From a virus (Duplodnaviria > Caudoviricetes), in IMG/VR virus record IMGVR_UViG_3300008267_000069, positions 1 through 60,812 of that record: a stretch of 60,812 nt of DNA; one strand, written 5' to 3'. Position numbers and translations under genes: made by a program. How positions within the stretch are numbered: the stretch's first letter is position 1; each line of letters starts with the position of its first letter. The notes beneath the pieces were generated by a model. That model saw only the letters and a program-made list of their open reading frames with translations, had not been told where the DNA came from and did no database searches. Shown piece after piece: positions 45,290-54,673 of this stretch.

Positions 45290-47605
45290 ATGGCGACGGG
45301 AACATGGATTTTTGACGGCAGCGATATTTGGTCAAATAGCGCCCGTTGGTCTGGCACCATCGCGGATGGCGCTGGCTTTACCGCGAACTTTACGAACAAC
45401 ATCACCGCCACCCGCACGGTGACGCTGAATACCAGCCGCACCATTGGTAACCTGACGTTCTCGGACGCTGGCGGAAGCGGCTCTGCTTGGGTGTTGACTA
45501 ATAGTAGCAGTTCGACGCTGACTCTGAGCGGCGGCAGCACGCCCGTTCTGAACGTCAGCACGCCGACGACGATCAACGGCGCGGCGTTCAACATCACCGG
45601 AACTCAGGGCTTCATCAAGTCCGGTTCTGCGGATCTTCAGTACGACGCTCAAGGCAGCACGCTCACCGGCACGATCATTATCAGTACCGGCGTTCTTGCG
45701 ACCAACTCGTTCAACGTGTTGGGTGTGTCCACCAACGTGTTCCCGACCGCAACCGCCTACGTCATCAACGGTGATCGACGGCTCTTCAACGGGGCTAATG
45801 CTGGGTACACGATCACTGCCCCGATATCGGGTAGCGGGCTTATATTAAACACCAACAGCAGCACCGCGACGGCGGCTTCTAACACCGTTACTTTTGCCGA
45901 CCTCACCTCATTTACAGGGATACTTGCTCTTTGGCAGAACCAGTTAACGCAGAACATCCGGTCCTTCGCTGCGATTAAGAAGTTCCCGACCTCTTCGGCG
46001 AACATCTTGTTCGACAACGGGGCGGGTGCCGCAGTCAGCACTCAGATCACTACGCTGACTATCCCTGCTGATGCTACGGCTGGAACGTATCCAGTAAATT
46101 TCTGGATTCGTTCAAACAGCTTTGTCTCCGCTTGGGCGATGTCGCTGGTCAACAACATGACCAGCGGGGCGATGACCTTTACGGGCGACCTGTATCGGTC
46201 AGACGCCAGCGGCTCGCCGACACTCACTTTCACGCTCGACGGGACCAACACCAACGCCAACACGATCAGCGGTTTTGTTCGCAGCGATGTAGGCGCGAGT
46301 GCGCTCGCCATCGCCAAGGCTGGCGCAGGTACTTGGGTCTTCAGCAACGCCAACACCTACACGGGGGGAACCAACGTCTCTGGCGGCATCCTGCGCGGTT
46401 CCAACGCTACGGCGTTCGGTACCGGATCGGTGACCGCTTCTGGCGGCGCCGTCGAACTGACCGGCGGCAACACCTACACCAACGCCTTCAACACCTCTGG
46501 CAGCACGATCCGAAACGTGTCCGGCACCAACGTCCTGTCCGGCACCGTCACGATGTCGGGCGCGACGACCCTCGGATCGACGGCAGGATCGCTCTCACTG
46601 ACGAACGCTTCTGCGATGGGCGGCAGCAACATCGCTTTGACGCTGGGCGAGGCAGGCGATAGCGGCAGCATCTCCATTACGTCCCGCTTGCCGGGAGGCA
46701 CGGCCTCCATCACGAAGGTGGGCGGCGGCACCTCCACCCTGCTCGCAACCGATAGCGCCGGAACGGGGGCCACGACCATCAACGCAGGTGTGCTTGAGGC
46801 GAAGGTGCTCGCCAATAGCGGCTCCAACAGCAGCATCGGTGCTGGTGTCAGCATCGCCTTCGGCACAGGAAGCACGGGCTTCCTGAAGTACACAGGCACG
46901 GCGGTGGCGACGACCAACCGGGGACTGTCCTTCTCTGGCAGCACGGCGGCAGGTCTGGATTCGTCGGCCACCAATGAGTTCAACTCGACCACGTTCAGCG
47001 GTTCGATCACTCCAACCGGAACCAATACCTTCGCCCTCAAGGGCAGCAATACCGGCTACAACACCCTGTCGGGAACGGTGATTGGTGGTCACGGCTTTGC
47101 CAAGACTGAGGCGGGCCGCTGGATCCTCAAGGGGGCCAACGACCTGACCGGGACGACGACTGTGTCGGCTGGGCGCCTGGTCGCCTCCAACACCTCCTAT
47201 GGAAACAAGCTGCTCGGCGGCAGCGTCATCGTGCAGGCCGGCGGCGAGATCCAACTCAGCTCAGAGGGTGATCAAAAGGGACGCTGCGCCTACACCAACC
47301 TGACGGTGGGCGGCACCTCGGGGAATCCGGCCAAGATCCGCATCGGCGGTACGGCCACCAGCCCGACGGTCTACCTCAACGGCGACTTGGCGCTTCCGAC
47401 AGGGACCGACAAGACCAACTGGGACTTGACCGGCGACACCTTCAAGGCGCCCGGCACCTACACTCTGTTCGTGTTCAGCGGGGTGTTCGGTGTAACCGGC
47501 GGAACGGTGGCCTCCAACGTGCTGGCGACCTATCCCACGGGCCGTTCGGGCGTGCTGTCCTACAACGTCGGCTCCCCCAACACCATCACCGTGACCATTT
47601 CGTAA
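45290..47605 (+). CDS. Adhesin-like protein with autotransporter-associated beta-strand (PATR-like) repeats
   Basis: KAGAGTWVFSNANTYTGGTNVSGGIL, KVGGGTSTL, KTEAGRWILKGAN. Confidence 0.8.
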   Translation: MATGTWIFDGSDIWSNSARWSGTIADGAGFTANFTNNITATRTVTLNTSRTIGNLTFSDAGGSGSAWVLTNSSSSTLTLSGGSTPVLNVSTPTTINGAAFNITGTQGFIKSGSADLQYDAQGSTLTGTIIISTGVLATNSFNVLGVSTNVFPTATAYVINGDRRLFNGANAGYTITAPISGSGLILNTNSSTATAASNTVTFADLTSFTGILALWQNQLTQNIRSFAAIKKFPTSSANILFDNGAGAAVSTQITTLTIPADATAGTYPVNFWIRSNSFVSAWAMSLVNNMTSGAMTFTGDLYRSDASGSPTLTFTLDGTNTNANTISGFVRSDVGASALAIAKAGAGTWVFSNANTYTGGTNVSGGILRGSNATAFGTGSVTASGGAVELTGGNTYTNAFNTSGSTIRNVSGTNVLSGTVTMSGATTLGSTAGSLSLTNASAMGGSNIALTLGEAGDSGSISITSRLPGGTASITKVGGGTSTLLATDSAGTGATTINAGVLEAKVLANSGSNSSIGAGVSIAFGTGSTGFLKYTGTAVATTNRGLSFSGSTAAGLDSSATNEFNSTTFSGSITPTGTNTFALKGSNTGYNTLSGTVIGGHGFAKTEAGRWILKGANDLTGTTTVSAGRLVASNTSYGNKLLGGSVIVQAGGEIQLSSEGDQKGRCAYTNLTVGGTSGNPAKIRIGGTATSPTVYLNGDLALPTGTDKTNWDLTGDTFKAPGTYTLFVFSGVFGVTGGTVASNVLATYPTGRSGVLSYNVGSPNTITVTIS

Positions 47606-47616
47606 GGAGTTGAGCG

Positions 47617-49365
47617 ATGGCGACAAGGTATAAAAACAGCGTCAATGACACGGGTGTGCCGGGATGGGTTGGTGGTGTCGTCCCGACTAACAATGATCTG
47701 GCTGCGTTCGATTCCCAGATTGGCGCTCTTACGCAGATCACGTTGTCAACCGCAGCGTTTCCCGGTGGCAGCTTTGCTTATCTGAGTTCGACTCCTGCAA
47801 CTGATTTCTATTTCGGGACGACCGTCAGCAGCACTGCGTTTTCGATGAACCAGAAGCTCGCTGGACCTTCTGGGCCTGACAACCTATACACGGTCTACAT
47901 CGCGCCCAATAAGACGTTCTCTTATGACGGTTCGTTTCGCGCCCTCAACGACGCTAGCGATTACCAGCCCATCATCTTTGTCGACACTGGAGCTGGCATC
48001 GTTCTGAACAAGAACGCCAGCGATTCCGTGCTTGGCGCTATCGGCAGCGAGTCGGTTGCTACTCCGTTTGTCATTGAAAAGCGGGGAGAGGGCTGGGTTC
48101 TTACTGGGCGCGGCGTAACTCCCGCAGCCTTCAATCAGTTGTTCGGCAAAGTTCAGATTCGTCAGGGCGAAGTTCGTCTTGACGGTGGGCGAACTGCAAC
48201 CGCAGGCTACACCTCTCCACTGGGCAACGCGGCTACCGAGTTCAGCGCGCTTGGAGGCAGCACTCCGACGCTGCGGTTCGCGACGACCTATTCAGGAGTC
48301 ACAACCTTCGGTCGCGCTGATCGCACGGTCACGACCGGCGCGACGTTTACGACGGCTGGCACCATCACGGTGGACTCGGGATTCACCGCCACGATGCAGG
48401 GGGCATTTACCGGCAGCGGCACCTTCACAAAGGACGGCGCAGGCACTCTGTCGTTGACCGGCACTAGCTTGGCAATGCCTCTCGTATTGACCAGCGGCAC
48501 CGTGCAGCTTGGCGCAAGCGCCAACTTCACCGGCTCGACCTTGTCAGGCACCGGCACGCTGGCGATGAACAGCGGCTCGCTCGGCTCTGGCTCCACGATC
48601 AGCGCCTCCGGTCACACGGGTACTATCACCGGCAACTGTTCGATCTCCGGTGGTGTCAGCACCTTTGGCTCCCAATTCACGGGAACCGTTAGCAATATCA
48701 GCAGCGGCATTATTGACCTTACCGGAACCAGCACGGGCGGAATCGCCAGCATCGGTTTCGCTATTATCAACCTCACCGGATCGTTCAGTGCTGCTGGCAC
48801 GACGGCACTTGCTGGTGCTGGTGTCAACCCCGCCACGGTGAATATCTCCGGCGCGGGGGCAGGCTTTTCAAACCGCACCCTGACGATGGCTAGCAACTCC
48901 AAGCTGACGCTGGCGAACGGCGCCTCTGCTGCCAATACCATCACGGCCAACGTCGACACGTCGACCGTGACACTGGAGGTGCCTAACGCGACGACCGCGA
49001 CCTACAGCGGGACGTTCAGCACCAATCAGGCATCCGGCAGCGTGAAGGTGCAGGCGCTCGCTGGAGGAACCCTGATTCTCAGCGGCGGCTTCACCAGCAG
49101 CAACGCAGGGCGCACCTTCGCGCTCAACAATGACGCTGGCTACGCCGGCACGCTGAAGGCAACCGGCGCGGGCTTCACGGGCGCAGCCGCCACCCTCTCG
49201 CGAGGCACCCTGCACATCGCTGGCTCGACCAACAAGAACATCGGCACCACGCTGACCGTCGTCGCCGGCGCCACGATGGCTCATAGCCCCGATGTTCCGG
49301 TCACGCTGACCGGCAACCTCGCTCTTGCAGCCAACTCCACTTTCCGCTTCGGCGCACCGGCCTAA
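47617..49365 (+). CDS. Second autotransporter-passenger-like beta-helix protein
   Basis: GSGTFTKDGAGTLSLTG, EKRGEG; Thr/Gly/Ser-rich. Confidence 0.75.
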   Translation: MATRYKNSVNDTGVPGWVGGVVPTNNDLAAFDSQIGALTQITLSTAAFPGGSFAYLSSTPATDFYFGTTVSSTAFSMNQKLAGPSGPDNLYTVYIAPNKTFSYDGSFRALNDASDYQPIIFVDTGAGIVLNKNASDSVLGAIGSESVATPFVIEKRGEGWVLTGRGVTPAAFNQLFGKVQIRQGEVRLDGGRTATAGYTSPLGNAATEFSALGGSTPTLRFATTYSGVTTFGRADRTVTTGATFTTAGTITVDSGFTATMQGAFTGSGTFTKDGAGTLSLTGTSLAMPLVLTSGTVQLGASANFTGSTLSGTGTLAMNSGSLGSGSTISASGHTGTITGNCSISGGVSTFGSQFTGTVSNISSGIIDLTGTSTGGIASIGFAIINLTGSFSAAGTTALAGAGVNPATVNISGAGAGFSNRTLTMASNSKLTLANGASAANTITANVDTSTVTLEVPNATTATYSGTFSTNQASGSVKVQALAGGTLILSGGFTSSNAGRTFALNNDAGYAGTLKATGAGFTGAAATLSRGTLHIAGSTNKNIGTTLTVVAGATMAHSPDVPVTLTGNLALAANSTFRFGAPA

Positions 49366-49377
49366 AGGAGGCCCGAC

Positions 49378-49785
49378 ATGGCCCTGACTCTTTCCCTGAC
49401 CCTTCCTGCGACCTCGGCCCTTGTCGATGATGTCGTTGTCGAAGTCCCTGAGATCACCTATCCGCAGGCATACGCCCGCGCCTACGCCATTCGGGCCTTC
49501 GCGCAGGAGTCCTATATCCTTGTCACTTGGTACGCGGACGAGGCGGCTCGGTTCGCCAACGCCGATCCGGTGAAGGCTTACGAGTACAGCACCTCGACGG
49601 CCTCGCTGGTGGGCGACATCTACCCGGCAGCCTACGCCTTCCTGAAGACGCTGCCCGACTTCGCCGGGGCCACCGATCATCCGTTCGTTGATCCGGCGGA
49701 GGTGGTTGAGCCTGCACCCGAGCCGCAACCTGAGCCTGCGCCGGAACCGCAGCCGGAACCGCAGCCTGAGCCTGTTGAGGGCTAA
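49378..49785 (+). CDS. Hypothetical protein with a C-terminal (PEPQ/PEPA)n tail; possible fibre assembly factor
   Basis: AGGAGG RBS; AYAFLKTLPDFAGATD. Confidence 0.7.
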   Translation: MALTLSLTLPATSALVDDVVVEVPEITYPQAYARAYAIRAFAQESYILVTWYADEAARFANADPVKAYEYSTSTASLVGDIYPAAYAFLKTLPDFAGATDHPFVDPAEVVEPAPEPQPEPAPEPQPEPQPEPVEG

Positions 49786-49870
49786 CACATATTGCTGATC
49801 CGCGAGCAGCAAGTAGGTCGGCATAGGGCTGACCAAACCCCGCGTGGGGCGGGGTAGAGGAGAGTAAGAC

Positions 49871-51775
49871 ATGGCGACTGTTAAGAAGTTCCTCTGGCTG
49901 GACGCAGACGGCCAGATGCGTGAGCAGACTGCGAACGAGACGATCCAGGTTGCGAACGGCGTGGCCTCGGCTGACGCTGTCAACAAGGGCCAGCTGGACA
50001 GCGTGTCCGCTGACCTGACCGACCTGATCAATGCAGAGGCGGCACGCGCCACTCAGGCCGAGGCGGCTCTGGGTGACAGCATCACCGCAGAGGCGGCTGC
50101 TCGCGTTGCGGGTGACGCTGCACTCTCGGCCTCGCTGACCAGCGAGACGAACGCTCGCACCGCAGCCGACACCGCGCTGGGCGGCCGGATCGACACCGAG
50201 ATCGCTGACCGTCAGGCAGCGGTCACCGCCGAGGAGACGGCCCGCATCGCTGGCGATGCAGCCCTCCGCACCGACCTCGACGCAGAGATCGCTCGCGCCA
50301 CCGCAGCAGAGGCCGCAGAGGCCACTGCTCGCGAGAACGCGGACGACGCACTGGACGCGAGGATCGATGCACTTGAGACCTCCAGCAGCACCGCGCTGAC
50401 CAATGCGATCAATGCGCTGACCGCTGACTTGGACGCCGAGGAGGCCGCACGCATCGCGGCTGACGCAGCTCTTCAGACCGAGCTGGACGCAGAGGAGGCC
50501 CGCGCTGCGGCTGCCGAGGCTGCGGAGCAGGCTGCCCGCATCGCTGCGGACAACGCGCTCCAGGGCGAGATCGATGCCGAGGAGGCCCGTGCGCTCGCCG
50601 CCGAGGGCGTCCTGACCGCAGACCTCGCTGCTGAGGTTGCTCGCGCACAGGCTGCCGAGCAGGATCTGGCTGACGACATTGCAGCCGAGCAGAGCCGCGC
50701 ACAGGCTGCTGAGTCGACCCTGACCAGCAACCTCGCGTCTGAGGTGAGTCGCGCAACCGCCGCAGAGGCAGCCATCGCGGCTGACCTCGCGACCGAGATC
50801 GCGCGCGCCACCGCTGCTGAGTCGGCCAACCTCCAGGAGGCCAAGGACTACGCAGACGCTCGCGTGCAGGGTCTGTCGTGGAAGGCGTCGGTTGACTACG
50901 CATTCCCCCGTAGCTGGGGCGAGTGGACGCTGCCGGCAGATGGCGCGGCGCTCATCTCTGACCTTGGGATGGACGCTGGCGACCGCGTCCTGCTGTACTC
51001 GGCCGATCAGGGCGCCCACGCTGACAACGGCGTTTACGTCGTTGCTGGCGGCGCGCTGGTTCGCGCTGCCGACATGGCTGCTGGCAAGGACGCAGCCGGC
51101 GCCGTGATCTACGTCGAGCGCGCCACGGCAGCAGGTGCCGCACCCGGCACCTCGTTCGTCTGCGCCAACGCTGGCACCGCCATCGTGGGCACCGACGCGC
51201 TGGAGTTCGTCATCTTCTCGCGCGCCGAGAACCTGTCCTTCACGGGTGGCGTGCAGAAGAACGGCACTGTGGTTTCTGCCAAGGTGGCAGACGCCAAGCC
51301 GGTGTTCGTCAACGGGGCGAACGAACTTGACTTCCGTACCGTTGGTGACGACTTCGAGTTCGATGGCAACGGCTATCTGAAGATGGCTGGCGCGCTCGTC
51401 GGCGGCAGCTTCGTCAGCGCAGACGCCAAGCACACTCATGAGGCTCTTGCCAAGGCAATGGCCTCGGCAGCCACGCTCGGTGTGTTTGTTGACACCGCAG
51501 GCGCAGCCGCCACCTACGACGCAGCACTGGCTTTTGGGTGCGTGGACAACACCGATGGCAGCGCCGCGCGTGTGGTGTTTGCGGGCCTCTCCAACGTGGC
51601 CTCGGGCGCGCTCAACGCCTTCTCGGATGGCGAGCGCGTCTACCTGGGCAGCGCGGCTGGCGTGTTCGCGAAGTTCGCTGACATTCCGAGCGGCAAGTGG
51701 GCTGTTCCGGTTGGCTTCCGCAAGGATGCATCGACCCTGTTCGTGCATCTGATGCCGGCGGCACAGAAGGCGTAA
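49871..51775 (+). CDS. Long coiled-coil fibre (whisker or head-fibre-like)
   Basis: DAVNKGQLD, many ExxAR(A/I)AA(D/E) repeats, GDRVLL...DNGVYVV...RAAD domain, cement-like C-terminus. Confidence 0.75.
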   Translation: MATVKKFLWLDADGQMREQTANETIQVANGVASADAVNKGQLDSVSADLTDLINAEAARATQAEAALGDSITAEAAARVAGDAALSASLTSETNARTAADTALGGRIDTEIADRQAAVTAEETARIAGDAALRTDLDAEIARATAAEAAEATARENADDALDARIDALETSSSTALTNAINALTADLDAEEAARIAADAALQTELDAEEARAAAAEAAEQAARIAADNALQGEIDAEEARALAAEGVLTADLAAEVARAQAAEQDLADDIAAEQSRAQAAESTLTSNLASEVSRATAAEAAIAADLATEIARATAAESANLQEAKDYADARVQGLSWKASVDYAFPRSWGEWTLPADGAALISDLGMDAGDRVLLYSADQGAHADNGVYVVAGGALVRAADMAAGKDAAGAVIYVERATAAGAAPGTSFVCANAGTAIVGTDALEFVIFSRAENLSFTGGVQKNGTVVSAKVADAKPVFVNGANELDFRTVGDDFEFDGNGYLKMAGALVGGSFVSADAKHTHEALAKAMASAATLGVFVDTAGAAATYDAALAFGCVDNTDGSAARVVFAGLSNVASGALNAFSDGERVYLGSAAGVFAKFADIPSGKWAVPVGFRKDASTLFVHLMPAAQKA

Positions 51776-51840
51776 TGAGCCTTCTGGCAAGGTAACCTGA
51801 CACCGCCAGGCGGCAGCGGAACCGGCTGGTAGGACAGGTG

Positions 51841-51881
51841 GGAGGGGTCACACAGGACGCTGTGTGGCCCCTCCTCTTTTT
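51841..51881 (+). terminator. Rho-independent terminator
   Basis: GGAGGGGTCACACAG-GACG-CTGTGTGGCCCCTCC followed by TCTTTTT. Confidence 0.85.
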
Positions 51882-51915
51882 GCGGTGTATTCTTCGCTTC
51901 TCAGGAGGCTAGCGC

Positions 51916-52626
51916 ATGTCCCGTTTGTCGTTGAACCTTGTGTCCGTTCCCAACGTCCTCGGCATCTACGGCAAGTCCAAGGATCAGTTTCCGGCGCGCA
52001 TGTCCCGGCTGCACTTTGACGCAGCCTCGGCCTTTGCCGCTGTCGAGAAGACTCTTGGCCAGCGCCTGCGGGTGTCGGACATGTTCCGCACGGCAGAGCA
52101 GAGCCTTCAGGCCATGCAGGAAAAGTCAGGCGTCCAGCCTCCGGGGTTCAGCCTCCACAACTACGGCATCGCCATTGACGTGGACATCGACTCCATGCTG
52201 GCAGCCACCAAGATGGACAAGCCCTCCTTCGACAAGCTGATGAGGGAGCATGGCTGGTACTGTCACCGCAAGGACAACAAGCGGGGCATGGAGGATTGGC
52301 ACTACAACCACCTCGGGGCTGATGCGGCCACCTTCCTCAAGGCCAGCGAGAAGTCCACCAACACCAGCGCCGCCGGGGATGCCCGCATCACGGCCCTCTA
52401 CGGTGACCAGCTGACGCTGGATCCCAAGGAAGTGCAGGAGTGCCTGCTGCACCTCAAGCTGTACTCGGGCGAGATGGACGGGCTGATCGGCCCCAGGACG
52501 AGGCAGTCAATCATGGCCTTCCAGCGAGCATGGCGGCTTCAGCCCTCCGGTCAGGTGGATGCCCGCACCGAGCGAACGCTGGCCTATGTGAGCGCAGACC
52601 TTCCATCTTTGCAGCAGGTGGGGTAG
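51916..52626 (+). CDS. Endolysin: peptidase M15 (VanY-like) plus C-terminal peptidoglycan-binding domain
   Basis: FRTAEQ, SLHNYGIAIDV, EDWHY; DGLIGPRTRQSIMAFQ. Confidence 0.88.
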   Translation: MSRLSLNLVSVPNVLGIYGKSKDQFPARMSRLHFDAASAFAAVEKTLGQRLRVSDMFRTAEQSLQAMQEKSGVQPPGFSLHNYGIAIDVDIDSMLAATKMDKPSFDKLMREHGWYCHRKDNKRGMEDWHYNHLGADAATFLKASEKSTNTSAAGDARITALYGDQLTLDPKEVQECLLHLKLYSGEMDGLIGPRTRQSIMAFQRAWRLQPSGQVDARTERTLAYVSADLPSLQQVG

Positions 52627-52744
52627 AAGGAAGGCACATGGCTCGCCCCTCTGCGCTTTTTGGCACGGGCGGGTCTTCGCAACAAAGCCGGCCAAGGCTA
52701 CGTCCCTAGCTAGGGGGCTCCTCAAACTGGCCGGCTACTTTGAC

Positions 52745-52820
52745 GGGGGCTTCGCATAGCGGCTATTGCACCGCCTTTGCAAGGCGGCACCCGTGGGTTC
52801 GAGTCCCACAGCCTCCACCA
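52745..52820 (+). tRNA. tRNA-Ala (UGC)
   Basis: Acceptor GGGGGCT/AGCCTCC with G3-U70, anticodon arm CCGCC-TTTGCAA-GGCGG, T arm GTGGG-TTCGAGT-CCCAC, discriminator A and encoded CCA. Confidence 0.92.
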
Positions 52821-52884
52821 CATGAGAGAGGTCACAGGGCATCCCCTTGTGGCCTCTCGACCTTTTTAGGGGTAGAGTGCGCCC

Positions 52885-53097
52885 ATGCGTTGCGAGACAT
52901 GCGACAGCGAAGACACCCAGCTCTGGGCACACAACGGGGGTGTCGGCACCCACCATTGGGGTGACCGAGAAGAGCAGGATTGTGGCTGCGGCCCCCAGCT
53001 GATCTGCACGGTCTGCAACGCGCCCCTTCTGAAGCAGTACGGCTTCATCGTGCTGGATGCCGCCTACTTCGGCCACACCAACGACACCCTCCAGTAG
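52885..53097 (+). CDS. Small Cys-rich protein (CETC...CTVC)
   Basis: Metal-binding pattern, co-oriented. Confidence 0.55.
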   Translation: MRCETCDSEDTQLWAHNGGVGTHHWGDREEQDCGCGPQLICTVCNAPLLKQYGFIVLDAAYFGHTNDTLQ

Positions 53098-53105
53098 AGG
53101 ACTCC

Positions 53106-53297
53106 ATGCCTTTAAAGTCGAAGGCCCAGCAGCGTTACCTCTTCAGCGCCCAGGCCCGTGGGGAGATCCCCAAGGGAACGGCGGAGAAGTTCGTCAAGGA
53201 GACGCCCAAGAGCAAGCTAGCGCGCCTCCCTGAGTACAAGAAGCAGGACGAGAAGACGATGCGGAAGCTGGCGCGGGCAAGGAAACCCAAAAAGTAG
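53106..53297 (+). CDS. Small basic protein (MPLKSKAQQR..., common phage family)
   Basis: GAGGA RBS; Lys/Arg-rich. Confidence 0.7.
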   Translation: MPLKSKAQQRYLFSAQARGEIPKGTAEKFVKETPKSKLARLPEYKKQDEKTMRKLARARKPKK

Positions 53298-53433
53298 CCA
53301 GCCTGCACTAGAGTGAAGCAGAGCAGCGCGCCTTGGAGTCAGCCTGCCCTGTCACGCACAGGATGCCGCGTCACCCATCCCACAGCGGCCCCTTCCTCCC
53401 TAGTGCCAGGTCTGACTCAGGCGCCGCTCCCTC

Positions 53434-53462
53434 TTGACCGAAAGCCCCCTTCAGCGTACTTT
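53434..53462 (+). promoter_or_regulatory. Sigma70-like promoter upstream of the tail tube operon
   Basis: TTGACC-17 nt-TACTTT. Confidence 0.55.
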
Positions 53463-53519
53463 CCTCCCATGCCCGCAAGGGCGGCACGCTTCACGGCAGC
53501 ATGACGCTGCTGGATAGGG

Positions 53520-53552
53520 CGCGCAGGACCGAGAATGGTTCTGCGCGTTTTT
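53520..53552 (+). terminator. Terminator-like hairpin just before the tube gene
   Basis: CGCGCAGGACC-GAGAAT-GGTTCTGCGCG followed by TTTTT. Confidence 0.65.
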
Positions 53553-53569
53553 GCTTTGGAGGATCGAAC

Positions 53570-54004
53570 ATGGCGCAAAGAATCAAGGGCCAAGAAGTTC
53601 AGTTGCAGGTTGTTGTCGCAGGCGTGGTGCAGTCTACGCTGACCGATATCCGGAACTTTGAACTGACGCCCAAGTTCAGCAAGCTGGAGGAGCAGTACCT
53701 CGGGCAGACCACCAAGCGGTACGACGAGATCTTCGACGGCGTGGACTTCAAGATGGATCTGCACTTTGAGGATGCGGGCGTTCTCAACTTTGTGGATGCT
53801 GTGAGGGCGCGCGCCACTCAGCAGACTCCCGGCGTGAAGATCAACATTCAGACCACGCTGAACTTCCCTGGTGCCGTCAATCCGCGAGTGCTAATCCTGC
53901 TGACTGACTGCTTCTTTGAGAACATGCCCATCGAGTTCGGTGGTCGCGAGCAGTACGGCCAGTTCACCATCTCTGGCAGCTGCTCTGACTTCTCGCGTGT
54001 GTAA
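53570..54004 (+). CDS. Tail tube protein (start at MAQRIKG)
   Basis: 144 aa, GGAGG RBS, precedes chaperone and tape measure. Confidence 0.75.
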   Translation: MAQRIKGQEVQLQVVVAGVVQSTLTDIRNFELTPKFSKLEEQYLGQTTKRYDEIFDGVDFKMDLHFEDAGVLNFVDAVRARATQQTPGVKINIQTTLNFPGAVNPRVLILLTDCFFENMPIEFGGREQYGQFTISGSCSDFSRV

Positions 54005-54047
54005 CAACTAGGCACTTCACCCATCCTCACTCCGCAGGGGACAACAC

Positions 54048-54416
54048 ATGAACGCTTTTGAGCAGAAACTGTTTGGAAACCAGCCTGACCGCGTGATCCA
54101 CCGCTTCAACGTGCCTGATTCCATTCCTGGGGAAGTCCGCTCCCTTGGGCTGGTCGAGATCACGGCAGACGAGGAACTGCGTGCCGAGCAGCGATGCAAG
54201 GGCGCGTCGGACAAGCGGGCAGCGGAGATGGCCAAGCAGGCTCTGGTCGAGGTGAATGGGCAGGCGGTCGGGTTTGCGGACGCCTCGGTGGACAAGGCAT
54301 GGAACGCCATGCACCCCAAGGTCCGCACGCTTCTGGCCTCTGCTTGGGTGAAGCTGCATCTGGCCAATGATGATGAGGTGGAGAGTTTTTTCGCCTCGCG
54401 CACCAGCAGCGTCTAG
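54048..54416 (+). CDS. Tail assembly chaperone (gpG-like)
   Basis: Between tube and tape measure; slippery T TTT TTC near the 3' end. Confidence 0.75.
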   Translation: MNAFEQKLFGNQPDRVIHRFNVPDSIPGEVRSLGLVEITADEELRAEQRCKGASDKRAAEMAKQALVEVNGQAVGFADASVDKAWNAMHPKVRTLLASAWVKLHLANDDEVESFFASRTSSV

Positions 54417-54664
54417 CGCCGATTGGGCGGCTGCGGTTCTCTATGGGGGTTTCCCTTGGAGAGCTTGCAGCCGCCTACGAGCGGGCCGGCAGCACAGAGG
54501 AACGGATCTGGAAGTTGCTGGCCTATGTGGGGCGCTATGGGCATCAGCCCGTGAACGTGGCTCGACAGCTGACTGTGCGCGACCTCCATCGTTTGGCTGG
54601 CAAGGTTGCAGAGATTGTGGAGCAGGAAAACGCCGCCGGCAAGGGGCCGCACAACGGGGATTAG
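54386..54664 (+). CDS. Chaperone extension (gpGT-like) reached by -1 frameshift
   Basis: The -1 frame from TTTTTTC (54386-54392) is open through to the stop at 54664. Confidence 0.7.
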   Translation, partial: FFRLAHQQRLAPIGRLRFSMGVSLGELAAAYERAGSTEERIWKLLAYVGRYGHQPVNVARQLTVRDLHRLAGKVAEIVEQENAAGKGPHNGD

Positions 54665-54673
54665 GACAACAGC

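Noticed and set aside
36497-51775. Diversity-generating retroelement acting on fibres
   Set aside because: No reverse transcriptase and no template/variable repeat pair with adenine-specific mismatches seen
29994-51790. Long minus-strand ORFs (29994-32099, 34462-36357, 36431-38278, 38444-40324, 49523-51790)
   Set aside because: Shadows of the capsid, sheath and fibre genes caused by codon bias
51794-51838. SRP-like or riboswitch RNA before the terminator
   Set aside because: Only partial resemblance; the conserved loop order does not match
52745-52820. tRNA as an attP site or prophage boundary
   Set aside because: Full-length gene flanked by phage genes on both sides; no integrase in the window
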